Origin: an uncultured Gammaproteobacteria bacterium
Lineage (GTDB): Bacteria; Patescibacteriota; Microgenomatia; Levybacterales; UBA12049
Assembly: GCA_965230895.1 (NCBI GenBank)
Contig: OZ246394.1
Span: 1,505,887-1,569,886, forward strand
Reading direction: 5' to 3'
Length of the DNA: 64,000 nucleotides
The position numbers and the translations under genes are program-made. This document shows positions 10,997-20,292 of this stretch, one piece after another. The notes under the pieces were generated by a model. That model was not told the origin of the DNA. It saw only the letters and a list, made by a program, of their open reading frames with translations, and made no database searches. How positions within the stretch are numbered: the stretch's first letter is position 1; each line of letters begins with the position of its first letter.

Positions 10997-11069
10997 GCCG
11001 TCGTAGCTCAATGGATAGAGCAGTCCCGTCCTAAGGGAAAGGTTGGAGGTTCGATTCCTCTCGACGGTA
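10997..11069 (+). tRNA. tRNA-Arg (anticodon CCU)
   Basis: Manual cloverleaf fold of GCCGTCGTAGCTCAATGGATAGAGCAGTCCCGTCCTAAGGGAAAGGTTGGAGGTTCGATTCCTCTCGACGGTA. 7-bp acceptor stem with one G-U pair. D-stem GCTC/GAGC with a GG-containing D-loop. Anticodon loop GU-CCU-AA with U33. 5-nt variable loop. T-arm GGAGG/CCTCT (one G-U pair) with loop TTCGATT. Discriminator A. One G27-A43 mismatch in the anticodon stem. Confidence 0.8.
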
Positions 11070-11238
11070 CAAAATATAATCTTGGATCACTTCTCTGGTA
11101 TCTCTGTAAGCCCTTGAACGCTTCTTTAAGATATGTAGACTATCAAAAATGGGTGATTAGTTAGCTCAGCAATTTGTCAGGTTTGTCATCCATTTCAGTG
11201 CCATTTATTGTATATTGCAGAAAAGGAGGTGATGACTT

Positions 11239-11535
11239 ATGGCAAGAGTAGAGCAAAGTAGCAGTCGGGCAGCACAAATTGCGGCTGGATTCGCGCTTGA
11301 TCATGAACTTCAACTTGGTACTGTTGCTGCTGATCGGGCAGCGCTTAACCGCCGACTTTTTGATGAAGCAGCAAAAGGTCTCGAAAATACACTTGTGGAG
11401 ATAGAAGTGGCAACAAGAACCACAATGGTTGCAGAACTTGGAGTCAGAACAACAAGAGAAATTGTTCGTGAAGAGATATTCCCAACAGCATCTATTAAAG
11501 GAAGATCGCGTGAAGCATTAAAAGGAATGCGTTAA
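11239..11535 (+). CDS. Hypothetical 98-aa protein with an unusually strong Shine-Dalgarno
   Basis: ORF preceded by aaaaGGAGGTGAtgacttATG, an 11-nt match to the anti-SD complement. Ala/Arg/Glu-rich, helical, no TM. Lies directly downstream of tRNA-Arg. Confidence 0.5.
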   Translation: MARVEQSSSRAAQIAAGFALDHELQLGTVAADRAALNRRLFDEAAKGLENTLVEIEVATRTTMVAELGVRTTREIVREEIFPTASIKGRSREALKGMR

Positions 11536-11546
11536 AGACAGAAAAA

Positions 11547-12311
11547 TTGGCTTTCATGTATAATCCAACCATGAAACGGCAGGAAGCAATTCGATTTATC
11601 GCACTCAGAAGTTTGGGTAATTTTTTAGTGCTATTTAGTCTCTATGGAGTTGGGGCAACTTTTGGCCCGGCAATCACAGAGCAAATAAAGTATGCAATCA
11701 TCCAAACCCGTGGTATTGAATTTACCGTGCAGGCAAATACTCCTCGTTCGAATTCAGATGCTTCTTCATCTTCTCAAATTTCCACTCCACAAGATCCACA
11801 AGATACGATTGGACGGGATTTAGGTTTTTCAGATATCCTTGCAGGACAACAGCAGCAAATCTTGACACCAAAAGATCCACAATTTAGTATTTTGATACCA
11901 AAAATAGGTGCGTCCTCAAAAGTCTACCCGAATGTCGATCCTGAAAACAAGGATGAATTCCTTCCAGTGCTTCAGCATGGAGTCGCGCATGCGAAAGGGA
12001 GTGTTTTCCCCGGTTACCCAGGTAATACCTATCTCTTTGCTCATTCTGCAGATAACTGGTGGGATGTAGGCCGCTACAATGCGGTATTTTATACACTCAA
12101 TAATCTTTCTGAAAACGATGAGATTGTCGTATTCTTTGAGAATAGGAGATATGATTATGTGGTGAAGCAAAAGCTCGTGGCTGATCCCAATGATGTAACA
12201 TACTTAACGAACAAGCATGAGGGGCAACATAAACTCGTTCTGCAGACATGTTGGCCGCCAGGAACCACATGGAAGCGGCTCTATATTGTGGCTGATCCGA
12301 AGTCTATTTAA
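11547..12311 (+). CDS. Sortase-family transpeptidase
   Basis: N-terminal TM anchor. Conserved His region (QHGVAHAKGS...LFAHS) and a TLQTC active-site motif (TLxTC) near the C-terminus. Confidence 0.7.
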   Translation: MAFMYNPTMKRQEAIRFIALRSLGNFLVLFSLYGVGATFGPAITEQIKYAIIQTRGIEFTVQANTPRSNSDASSSSQISTPQDPQDTIGRDLGFSDILAGQQQQILTPKDPQFSILIPKIGASSKVYPNVDPENKDEFLPVLQHGVAHAKGSVFPGYPGNTYLFAHSADNWWDVGRYNAVFYTLNNLSENDEIVVFFENRRYDYVVKQKLVADPNDVTYLTNKHEGQHKLVLQTCWPPGTTWKRLYIVADPKSI

Positions 12312-13626
12312 GTCCAATAGAGTAAAGTGTGGGAGCAATACCTTGGTTATTAAAGTTTGTTAGCATAACTAGCTTTGTCCCGTCAGGCCAAGGATAGACA
12401 TAATCTTCAACAAATGGACCAGCGTACAGCGTTGTTAAATTCGATCCATCGTGCTCGATAACCTGGATTTGCTTATTGTTAACATATAAAAGATGGAGTG
12501 AATCAGGGAACCATGTCAGTGGAGATGGACACTTACCGAAGACTTCACACTTGCAATTTTCAGAGGTAAGTGTACACAGTTTATCTGTTTTTTCGAGTAC
12601 TCTTGTATTCACGTCTTCCTTGATGTTGTAGACATAAATTGCACCTTCTTCAAGGTCCCTTCGCTCATAAAGAAGATTATTGCCAATTAGCCTTGGTTTC
12701 TTAAAAACAGGCATCTCTGCTGAAGCTGTTGCTTGATAAAGGATTTTATTGTCATCCGGTGACCAAGAAAGAATTCTCATGTTTTTTTGTGAGAACTTCT
12801 GTACGTCTGATTTGAGTGATTTTAACTGTGCAAGTTCTTTGTCCGATCGCTGCTGCTCCCAAAGTTCAAGTGTTGAAGTATATGTCGCGGTGATATCCTG
12901 TGGTGCTTCGTTCATTCTGTCTGCAGCAAGGAGGTAATACGCTGGCGCTCCACCTGGAGTTGCAGAAATGCTTGCCATGATTTGCTTTCCATCAGGAGAC
13001 CAAGCTAATTGTGCTTGAGAGAAAAGGTCTACAGTATCATCAGCAATTTGAGTAGCTGAACTTTGGCCGGCAAGTACTGGGAAGTTTCTTGCAGTCATAT
13101 CAAAGACATAAACACCATTTCTTCGGGCTGAATTTGAAGCGATATTGAAGGCAAGTTTGGTTCCAGTAGGATCAATAAAAGTCGATTGGATGCCAAAGGT
13201 TGAAATGCTCTGGAGTGTTGGTGCTTTGGGGAAGAGCGTAGCATCTGCATTATCAACAACTTCTTTTTGGATTTCAAAATCCTTTTGCCAATCATGATAG
13301 CCTTCTTTTGCAATTTTGATCTTGTACTTGCCTGGAGTTAAGTTGAGTTTATCGTTTGTCGATGTTGTAGGATTTGGTCTGTCATTTACAAAGACTTGTG
13401 CTCCAGTCGGGTTACTTGTTAAGTTAATAATTCCGGTTTTTGAAAGCTGAGGATTTCCTTCTTGGACAAATAGTCGATAGCCTTTCCCATAGAGAATTAC
13501 TCCGGCAGTGGCAGCAATAAGAAAAAGAAAAACCAACGATGAAACGAGAAACTGTCTTTTTGCTGAATGCTGTGGGTGGTCATCCGGAACGGATGGCTTC
13601 TTAATTTTGAGAAGCGGTTTCTTCAT
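12304..13626 (-). CDS. Membrane-anchored PEGA-domain protein with a TolB-like beta-propeller region
   Basis: N-terminal TM. PEGA-like segment (LTSNPTGAQVFVNDRP...PGKYKIKIAKEGYHDWQ). Repeated WSPDGKQI / WSPDDNKILY / FPDSLHLLY motifs typical of TolB/WD40-like propellers. Confidence 0.6.
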   Translation of the reverse strand: MKKPLLKIKKPSVPDDHPQHSAKRQFLVSSLVFLFLIAATAGVILYGKGYRLFVQEGNPQLSKTGIINLTSNPTGAQVFVNDRPNPTTSTNDKLNLTPGKYKIKIAKEGYHDWQKDFEIQKEVVDNADATLFPKAPTLQSISTFGIQSTFIDPTGTKLAFNIASNSARRNGVYVFDMTARNFPVLAGQSSATQIADDTVDLFSQAQLAWSPDGKQIMASISATPGGAPAYYLLAADRMNEAPQDITATYTSTLELWEQQRSDKELAQLKSLKSDVQKFSQKNMRILSWSPDDNKILYQATASAEMPVFKKPRLIGNNLLYERRDLEEGAIYVYNIKEDVNTRVLEKTDKLCTLTSENCKCEVFGKCPSPLTWFPDSLHLLYVNNKQIQVIEHDGSNLTTLYAGPFVEDYVYPWPDGTKLVMLTNFNNQGIAPTLYSIGLK

Positions 13627-13796
13627 AATCCTATTAAATCAGATTATAAACCCGGAAACTAGTCCTTGCAACTAAATAACACGTTGTTATAATCATTTTA
13701 TTGCAAAATAACGATCAAATGATATAGATAGTATATCTTTTGATATGTTTGTAATTTGCATTTTTTGTCTATAACTTTTATTATCACTTAAGTCTT

Positions 13797-14828
13797 ATGT
13801 TTTCATTTGCAATTCCTTCAAGTAAGAGAATCGGAATAGATCTTGGTACCGCCAATACACTCGTTTATGTTGTTGGAGAAGGAATTGTCCTCAATGAACC
13901 TACTGTTGTTGCTGTTACAGCTGAAGAGAATCGAGTTGTTGCGGTTGGTAAAGAAGCCAAAGAAATGCTCGGTCGCACCCCTGGAAATGTAACCGCTCTC
14001 AGACCATTACGGGATGGGGTTGTAGCAGATTACACAATTACGGAAGCTATGCTCTCATATTTCATCGATAAGGTTTGTGGTAAAACACGGTTCATTAAGC
14101 CTGAAGTGATGGTTTGTATTCCTTCAGGAGTTACACAGGTCGAACGCCGTGCCGTTTTGGATGCAACCATGTCTGCCGGAGCAAAGGTAGCATATTTGAT
14201 TGATGAACCTTTGGCTGCGGCCATTGGTGCAAAGATTCCGATTGCTCAAGCTGCTGGTCATATGATTGTCAATATTGGTGGAGGTTCTACTGAGTCCGCA
14301 GTTATCTCTTTAGGTGGTGTTGTGGTTCATAGCTCAGTTCGAGTTGCTGGAAACAAGATTGATGAGTCAATTGCAGCCTACATCAAAAAGAAGTTTAACT
14401 TGTTAGTAGGTGAGACCACAGCCGAAAGTATTAAAATTCAAATTGGGAATGCAGTTCCAGAAGAAAACAAGAAGGAAGCAAAGAATATGGAAGTCCGAGG
14501 CCGAGATACTATTACTGGCTTGCCAAGGACAGTTGTTCTTGATGAGGTCCAGATAAACGAAGCAATTAAACCTTCATTGTTAGAAATCGTTAAAGGTGTT
14601 AAAGAGGTTCTTGAGCAGTGTCCACCAGAGCTTGCTTCAGATATTATTGATAAGGGAATTGTTATGTCAGGCGGAACATCACTTCTCACGAACTTTGACA
14701 AGCTTATGACTCAAATGACTGGAGTCCCTTGTCATATAGCTGAAGATGCGTTGCTTTGTGTAGCTAGGGGAACAGGCGTAGCAATGGAGAATATTGAGCT
14801 TTACAAACGGTCGATAAATAGGCGATAA
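13797..14828 (+). CDS. mreB: Rod-shape-determining actin homologue MreB
   Basis: IGIDLGTANTLVYV... actin-fold ATPase motifs throughout, about 340 aa. Confidence 0.9.
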   Translation: MFSFAIPSSKRIGIDLGTANTLVYVVGEGIVLNEPTVVAVTAEENRVVAVGKEAKEMLGRTPGNVTALRPLRDGVVADYTITEAMLSYFIDKVCGKTRFIKPEVMVCIPSGVTQVERRAVLDATMSAGAKVAYLIDEPLAAAIGAKIPIAQAAGHMIVNIGGGSTESAVISLGGVVVHSSVRVAGNKIDESIAAYIKKKFNLLVGETTAESIKIQIGNAVPEENKKEAKNMEVRGRDTITGLPRTVVLDEVQINEAIKPSLLEIVKGVKEVLEQCPPELASDIIDKGIVMSGGTSLLTNFDKLMTQMTGVPCHIAEDALLCVARGTGVAMENIELYKRSINRR

Positions 14829-15060
14829 TATCCTGTATATATTATTTTTTGAGACAAGAAAGGTAATTTATTTCTTTTCAATTTAAATCCTTTTCACAAA
14901 AGATTACGTATTATAATATTAAGAGTGATTTTCTGACAGTAAAAATGATATTTTAGGCTTAAATTATAGAAAGTGTATGGACAAATAGAGAATATTATTT
15001 TTACTCAAAATAGTAATTTTGCAACCATTTGAAATAATTAATTTAGATCTATAGTAGACT

Positions 15061-15786
15061 GTGAAAAATATAAATAAACAATATCTTCTTGGAGTAGGCA
15101 TTACGAATGCACCGACCTCAGCTATCCTGGAGCAAGTGATCCATCTTTTGCATGAAGGGAAGAAACAGTTCTTTATCGTTACTCCAAATCCTGAAATCCT
15201 TGTTTACGCACAATCTAATTTGGATTACAAAGACAAGCTAAACTCTGCAGATATTTCCTTGGCTGATGGAGTGGGTCTCCTTATTGCAAGTCGACTCTTG
15301 GGTGGGACTATAACACAACGCACAACAGGCGTGGACTTTATCGAAAAGCTGTGTAAAGTTAGTCGTGAAAAGCCTTTATCCATGGGATTTCTGGGAGGTA
15401 GAGGTGGTGTGGCAGAGAAAGCTGCTGAGTGCTTGAAGCTGAAATACCCTTGGATTGATGTTGTTTTCACAGGAGAATCATGGCCAACTCAAGGCGTGAA
15501 AAATAGTAAAAAGATTGATATTTTATTTGTTGCTTACGGATTTCCTAAGCAAGAGAATTGGATCTCAGATAATCTTGAAAAGTTGCCGGTTAAAGCTGCA
15601 ATGGGTGTCGGCGGAGCATTTGACTATATAAGTGGTGCTGTACCTCGAGCTCCAAAAGCAATGCGGGCATTAGGTTTGGAATGGCTGTTCCGATTAACGG
15701 TACAGCCTTGGCGATGGAAAAGGCAACTTGCTTTACCTCAATTCCTTCTCCTTGTTTTACAAGAAAGATTATTCTCATCAAAGTGA
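15061..15786 (+). CDS. WecG/TagA/CpsF-family (GT26) glycosyltransferase
   Basis: LLGVGITNAP...FIVTPNPEIL...SLADGVGLL...FVAYGFPKQENWI pattern of the WecB/TagA/CpsF family. GTG start. Confidence 0.7.
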   Translation: MKNINKQYLLGVGITNAPTSAILEQVIHLLHEGKKQFFIVTPNPEILVYAQSNLDYKDKLNSADISLADGVGLLIASRLLGGTITQRTTGVDFIEKLCKVSREKPLSMGFLGGRGGVAEKAAECLKLKYPWIDVVFTGESWPTQGVKNSKKIDILFVAYGFPKQENWISDNLEKLPVKAAMGVGGAFDYISGAVPRAPKAMRALGLEWLFRLTVQPWRWKRQLALPQFLLLVLQERLFSSK

Positions 15787-15908
15787 TAACATCAGTCACA
15801 AAATGAGGCTAGAAGCTCTGCCGTACTCTTACTTTATCCTTACCAAAAACTCAGGAAAAAGTTTACATAACAACACGATAATGGTCTTTACTCTCAGCAG
15901 TAACATTT

Positions 15909-17135
15909 ATGAAAATCTTATATCTTTTTAACTTTCCACTTTATGGTAACGGCAGCGCAAGTTTCCTTCGGGAACTCAGTGCTCAATTAAAAGATAAGCA
16001 TGAAATTGCTATTCTTTCTCCTGATAAAAGAAAACTTGATGGAGTCAAACACTTTGTTGTGAGAGCACCACAAGATGGAGTATTTGTCGGACATCCTGAA
16101 ATGCCTGGAGCAAAAAAATTCAAGGATATGGACGGCCGTGAAATCGGGGAAATCTATACTACATACTTATGGTCAACAATTCAGGCAGTGAATGAATTTA
16201 AGCCAGATGTGATTCATGCTTTCCATACAGCATATCTGCCAAGTATTGCACGATTGATCAAATCCTTTTATGGAACAAAATATATTATTACTACACATGG
16301 AAGTGATCTCAGTTACTTTGAGCAAGACAAACGATTTGCTGGCCTTATGAAAGATGCAAATCGAGAAGCACGATTTATTACAGCGTGTAGCGACTTTACA
16401 AAGAAATGGTATACAAGAATGTTTGGCGAAGCGTTAAAGCGAAAGACTTCAACAATCGTAGGTGGTGTAAACTTAGATCATTATAAAAAAGATCCAGAGC
16501 AAATTGCCAAAATTAACGATATGTTTGGTCTTCACGGCAAGAAAGTAGTTTTGTTTACCGGCCGCTTAACCAAGCATAAGGGTGTATCATACCTCATTCG
16601 AGCAGCTAAAAATATAAATGGTACAGTCTTAGTTGTAGGAGACGGACCTGAACGAGCTAATCTTGAAGCGGAAATTAAAAAACATAAGCTTACAAATGTC
16701 ATCATGGCTGGTTACATCGCAAACAAGGAGCCATACTATCATGCTTTTTATGAACGCGCAGATGTGTATGTCGCTCCAAGTACGTGGGATGAGCCTCTTG
16801 GATTAACTATTATTGAGGCTATGGCGGCACATACTCCAGTTGTGGCGACCAAAAAGGGTGGTATCTTGTCAATTATCAATGACAAAGTAAATGGCTTCCT
16901 TATTCCTTCAAGAAACGCAAGTGCAATTGCCGAAAACGTCAATATGCTTTTGGATAATGACCGGCTTCGAGCTCAAATTGGTGCTCATGCCTATGCGACA
17001 GTTGAAGACAAGTTTAGTTGGAGCAAGATTGCTAAAAAGTTTGAAAAGCAATATGAGGAGCTTGTAGGAAAGAACTGGAAGAGGGAAGTATTGCCAATCG
17101 AAAAATTCTTCAACTGGGTCTTCGCAAGAAATTGA
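15909..17135 (+). CDS. Glycosyltransferase family 4 (GT-B)
   Basis: C-terminal GT1/GT4 signature FTGRLTKHKG...GDGPER...EPLGLTIIEAMAAHTPVVATKKGG. Confidence 0.8.
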   Translation: MKILYLFNFPLYGNGSASFLRELSAQLKDKHEIAILSPDKRKLDGVKHFVVRAPQDGVFVGHPEMPGAKKFKDMDGREIGEIYTTYLWSTIQAVNEFKPDVIHAFHTAYLPSIARLIKSFYGTKYIITTHGSDLSYFEQDKRFAGLMKDANREARFITACSDFTKKWYTRMFGEALKRKTSTIVGGVNLDHYKKDPEQIAKINDMFGLHGKKVVLFTGRLTKHKGVSYLIRAAKNINGTVLVVGDGPERANLEAEIKKHKLTNVIMAGYIANKEPYYHAFYERADVYVAPSTWDEPLGLTIIEAMAAHTPVVATKKGGILSIINDKVNGFLIPSRNASAIAENVNMLLDNDRLRAQIGAHAYATVEDKFSWSKIAKKFEKQYEELVGKNWKREVLPIEKFFNWVFARN

Positions 17136-17177
17136 TCTACATGTACCCCTTACTTTATATTTTGATATAATTTGACT

Positions 17178-18191
17178 ATGAAAGAAAGGTTACCACTTCT
17201 AGTTTATGGACAAGGCCCTGTATTAAGCGAAAAGCCAGGTGAAATTGTCAGAATGACTGATAGCCTGTCTTTTCCATCTCGTACAAAACAGCCTCAAACC
17301 GATTCATCGCCATTTGATGGAAGAATGAACCGATGGGGAACTGAAGTTATAAAAGCTGGACGAGAATTATATCGAAAAGGCACAACTGATAGATTTGTAA
17401 TCATGGGAGGCAGAACCGATAAAGATAAAGCAATGGCAGCAGAATCTGAGTTGATTGGTAGAGGAATTGCTGAACCTTTTATGGGAGAGGATACTGTCCC
17501 AGTTATTGAAACTGAAAAAGACTCAAGTAATACCTTTGAAAATTTGGTGAATATTTGCAATCAAGTACTTGATCAACCTGATGGACCCGATAGAGTAGAT
17601 ATTATGGGAGCAACATTTCACCTTACTCGGATGAAAATTCTCACGAAGCTATTTGATATACAGTATAGAAATGTTATAGGCGCAAGTGATGTAATGCTTT
17701 ATTCCGCTCAAACAGCTGAAGCAATGGATCACGAAACAATAAATGAAGTTAATTTTAGGCACGATGGGAATGTCATTTATCACGATACAGGCTTGAAACG
17801 AGCCGTGAGTGATTTTAAAGATGAGAAGAGTAGCGCGCAAAAACGTGCAGAAGAAGACCTATGGACACGCGTACTTTTAACAGTCCCTGAATATTCAATG
17901 CCATACTTTGCAAGAATTGAAAATGATGATCGACTCGTGCGTATACTTCAAAATTTTGACACTCATTTTTTTCCAGAAACAGAAGAGGAGCCTTCCGCAC
18001 TTCAGAAGCACGGAATCAATTTAGCAGAGGATACACCGCAACAAATGAGAGAGAAATTAGCCTCAATTAAGCGTGATTTACCAGATGAAACTACGAGAGA
18101 CGAATGGATTGCTGAACAAAAACAGGGAATAGGGTGGCCTGAAGAAGTTGAAATGAAGTTCCAACAAGTTTTATATCCTCAAGCAGCATAA
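17178..18191 (+). CDS. DUF218 (YdcF/SanA/ElyC-like) domain protein
   Basis: FVIMGG...ESELIGRGIAEP...IETEKDSSNTFENL...IMGATFHLTRMKILTKLF matches the DUF218 core (S.NT.EN then VTS.fH..R). ATG at 17178 is preferred over TTG at 17172. Confidence 0.55.
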   Translation: MKERLPLLVYGQGPVLSEKPGEIVRMTDSLSFPSRTKQPQTDSSPFDGRMNRWGTEVIKAGRELYRKGTTDRFVIMGGRTDKDKAMAAESELIGRGIAEPFMGEDTVPVIETEKDSSNTFENLVNICNQVLDQPDGPDRVDIMGATFHLTRMKILTKLFDIQYRNVIGASDVMLYSAQTAEAMDHETINEVNFRHDGNVIYHDTGLKRAVSDFKDEKSSAQKRAEEDLWTRVLLTVPEYSMPYFARIENDDRLVRILQNFDTHFFPETEEEPSALQKHGINLAEDTPQQMREKLASIKRDLPDETTRDEWIAEQKQGIGWPEEVEMKFQQVLYPQAA

Positions 18192-18301
18192 TTAGCAACC
18201 TGCTTATGGTAAGCGATTGCCTCAGTTGATTGCTTTCTCTTATACAATTCTTACCTGGATTATATATAGTTCTTATTGCTGAGCTATAGAATTGATGAGT
18301 T

Positions 18302-19396
18302 ATGAAAATACTTTTAGTATCCTTATTAAAGCGAAAAATTAGTCCAGATCAGACGGCTTCAAGGCCAAGAATGATTTATGAGTTGGGAAAAGGGTTAATT
18401 GAGCGTGGTCATGAAATTACAATTCTTGGTACTGAAGACAGCGTTCTGCCTGGAGCAAGAATTATAGGCGTTATTCCAAAAGCATTTAATGAGCTTTCTA
18501 GCTTCGAAAATCCATTTTATGCGGAGACAAGTTACTTACTACAGCTTGAAAAGAAGCTTGAAGAGATTGCTCCTCAGTTCGATATAGTTCATAATCATAC
18601 GTATCCTGAATTCATTAATCTCATGGCTACTGAGGCTATTCAGACGCCAATGCTGACAACAGTTCATGCTCAAGCAACTCCAGAATTTGATACTGCGCTC
18701 AGTCTTTTCCCAAAAGCAAATCTTGTATCAATTTCTAAAGCTCACCAGGAAGGTTTTGTAAAATCAAAACCACAGCAAGTTATCTATAATGGCATCGACA
18801 CTTCGGTGTATAAATTTTCACAACAAAAAGAAGACTTTATGCTATGGATTGGAAGGTTGAGTAAGTCACAGAATTCTGACGGGTCATATATAGATCCCAA
18901 AGGTGTACGTCACGCAATTCAATTAGCGCGAGAAACCAATCAAAATTTGAAGCTTTCCGGAAATATTGAAGATATGAATTTCTTTAAAAAAGATGTTGAA
19001 CCGTTTTTAAATAACAAAATCCAATGGATTGGCGGAAAATCATCCGAGCAGCCGTTAACCAAAGATCACGTTGTGCAACTTATGCAATCAGCCAAAGCTT
19101 TTCTCATGACAATTAACTGGAATGAGCCTTTTGGGCTTGTAGTTGCTGAAGCAATGAGTTGTGGAACTCCAGTAATTGGATTCAAAAAAGGTGCAATTCC
19201 AGAGCTTATAGAAGATGGAAAAACCGGATTTTTGGTCGATTCTGAGGCTGGTATTGATGGGCTCAAGAATGCTCTAGAAAAGATTGATTCTATAGATCCA
19301 CATGATTGTCGTCAACACGTTGAAGAAAATTTTAGTATCGAAAAAATGATTGCTAACTACGAAAATGCTTACAAAAATCTCCAAAATCAGAAATAA
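18302..19396 (+). CDS. Glycosyltransferase family 4
   Basis: EPFGLVVAEAMSCGTPVIGFKKGAIPELIEDGKTGFLV signature. GT-B fold N-terminal region. Confidence 0.75.
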   Translation: MKILLVSLLKRKISPDQTASRPRMIYELGKGLIERGHEITILGTEDSVLPGARIIGVIPKAFNELSSFENPFYAETSYLLQLEKKLEEIAPQFDIVHNHTYPEFINLMATEAIQTPMLTTVHAQATPEFDTALSLFPKANLVSISKAHQEGFVKSKPQQVIYNGIDTSVYKFSQQKEDFMLWIGRLSKSQNSDGSYIDPKGVRHAIQLARETNQNLKLSGNIEDMNFFKKDVEPFLNNKIQWIGGKSSEQPLTKDHVVQLMQSAKAFLMTINWNEPFGLVVAEAMSCGTPVIGFKKGAIPELIEDGKTGFLVDSEAGIDGLKNALEKIDSIDPHDCRQHVEENFSIEKMIANYENAYKNLQNQK

Positions 19397-20292
19397 TTTT
19401 TGCTAAATCCGCTTAAAGTGAAAATATTTTTTCTCAAATTGCGTAAAATAATTTTTATTTTTCTATGAAATCGAAAAACTTTTTTCTAAATTGCGTGATG
19501 TATTAAAAATAAATTTTCACTTTATAGTGATTCTTATAACGCGCATTTTTATGTTTTTAATAATTAAATTTCACAAATACATTTTCGGAGAAAATTTACG
19601 ATCAAATGTGAGCAATTTTATAAGTAAAGCGTCTGTTTCGGTCTTTTAATTTAACATTATTTATTAGTCAAAATAAATACTTATGAGCATATAATATGCA
19701 CATATAAAAATGATACTGCAAATCTGAATTGAAGAAGATTTAAGATTTCTATTTTCGCTTTAATATGCTGTATTAATGGATGCCAACTGTCCAAAAGAAA
19801 AAAAACTTGAAAATATAGCTGAGATTAATTATGATTTTTTTACATAATATTTTTTTCCGGATTTTTCTGCCCGGCTAGGTCTTTGCGGCCTAAAAAAAGC
19901 TCCAGCCATGAGATGTCAAAGATCAAATTTCTCATTATTGTGTGGATTTACTAGGAATTTTTTATTAATAGGGCTTCTAGAGGATTCTATGACATTTAAG
20001 GCTAAAAATGTTAATATTTTGAGGCTAGATTAACGTATTAATAAAAAATGGATAATTGGAAGGATATTCTTTTTTTAAATGAGTCTAATGCTTCCCAAAT
20101 AAAAAACCCAAAATTTCTTGCGTTAAATTGGTAATTTCACTATCGTAACAATCTAAACCTATCAAAAAAGTTCTGCAATATATAACGGCTGAGCTTGACA
20201 TCTATGATAGAAGGTATATAAAAGATAATGTAGTTGTTTTTTTTGAGGCTACTACGAATTTATTTTTAATTAAGGAGGTATTATCAGCAAAT
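19397..20292. other. About 900-bp AT-rich non-coding island containing direct and inverted repeats and one GC-rich patch
   Basis: No ORF of 60 aa or more on either strand. Direct repeat ttttttctNaaattgcgtRa twice (about 19424 and 19474), flanked by the inverted repeat agtgaaaat/attttcact. GC-rich patch ccggatttttctgcccggctaggtctttgcggcc at about 19855-19890. Strong SD (taaggaggt) at its 3' end before 20293. Confidence 0.3.

Noticed and set aside
10844-11164. 106-aa ORF in the six-frame track
   Set aside because: It overlaps a cleanly folding tRNA-Arg and has no coding features. It is spurious.
10972-11546. Integrated mobile element at the tRNA-Arg
   Set aside because: No integrase, recombinase or direct repeat of the tRNA 3' end was found. 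Only a small ORF with an odd SD is there, and it is reported as a finding instead.
19397-20292. Chromosomal origin (oriC)
   Set aside because: It is AT-rich, but there are no convincing DnaA boxes (only one 7/9 match). No dnaA or dnaN is nearby.
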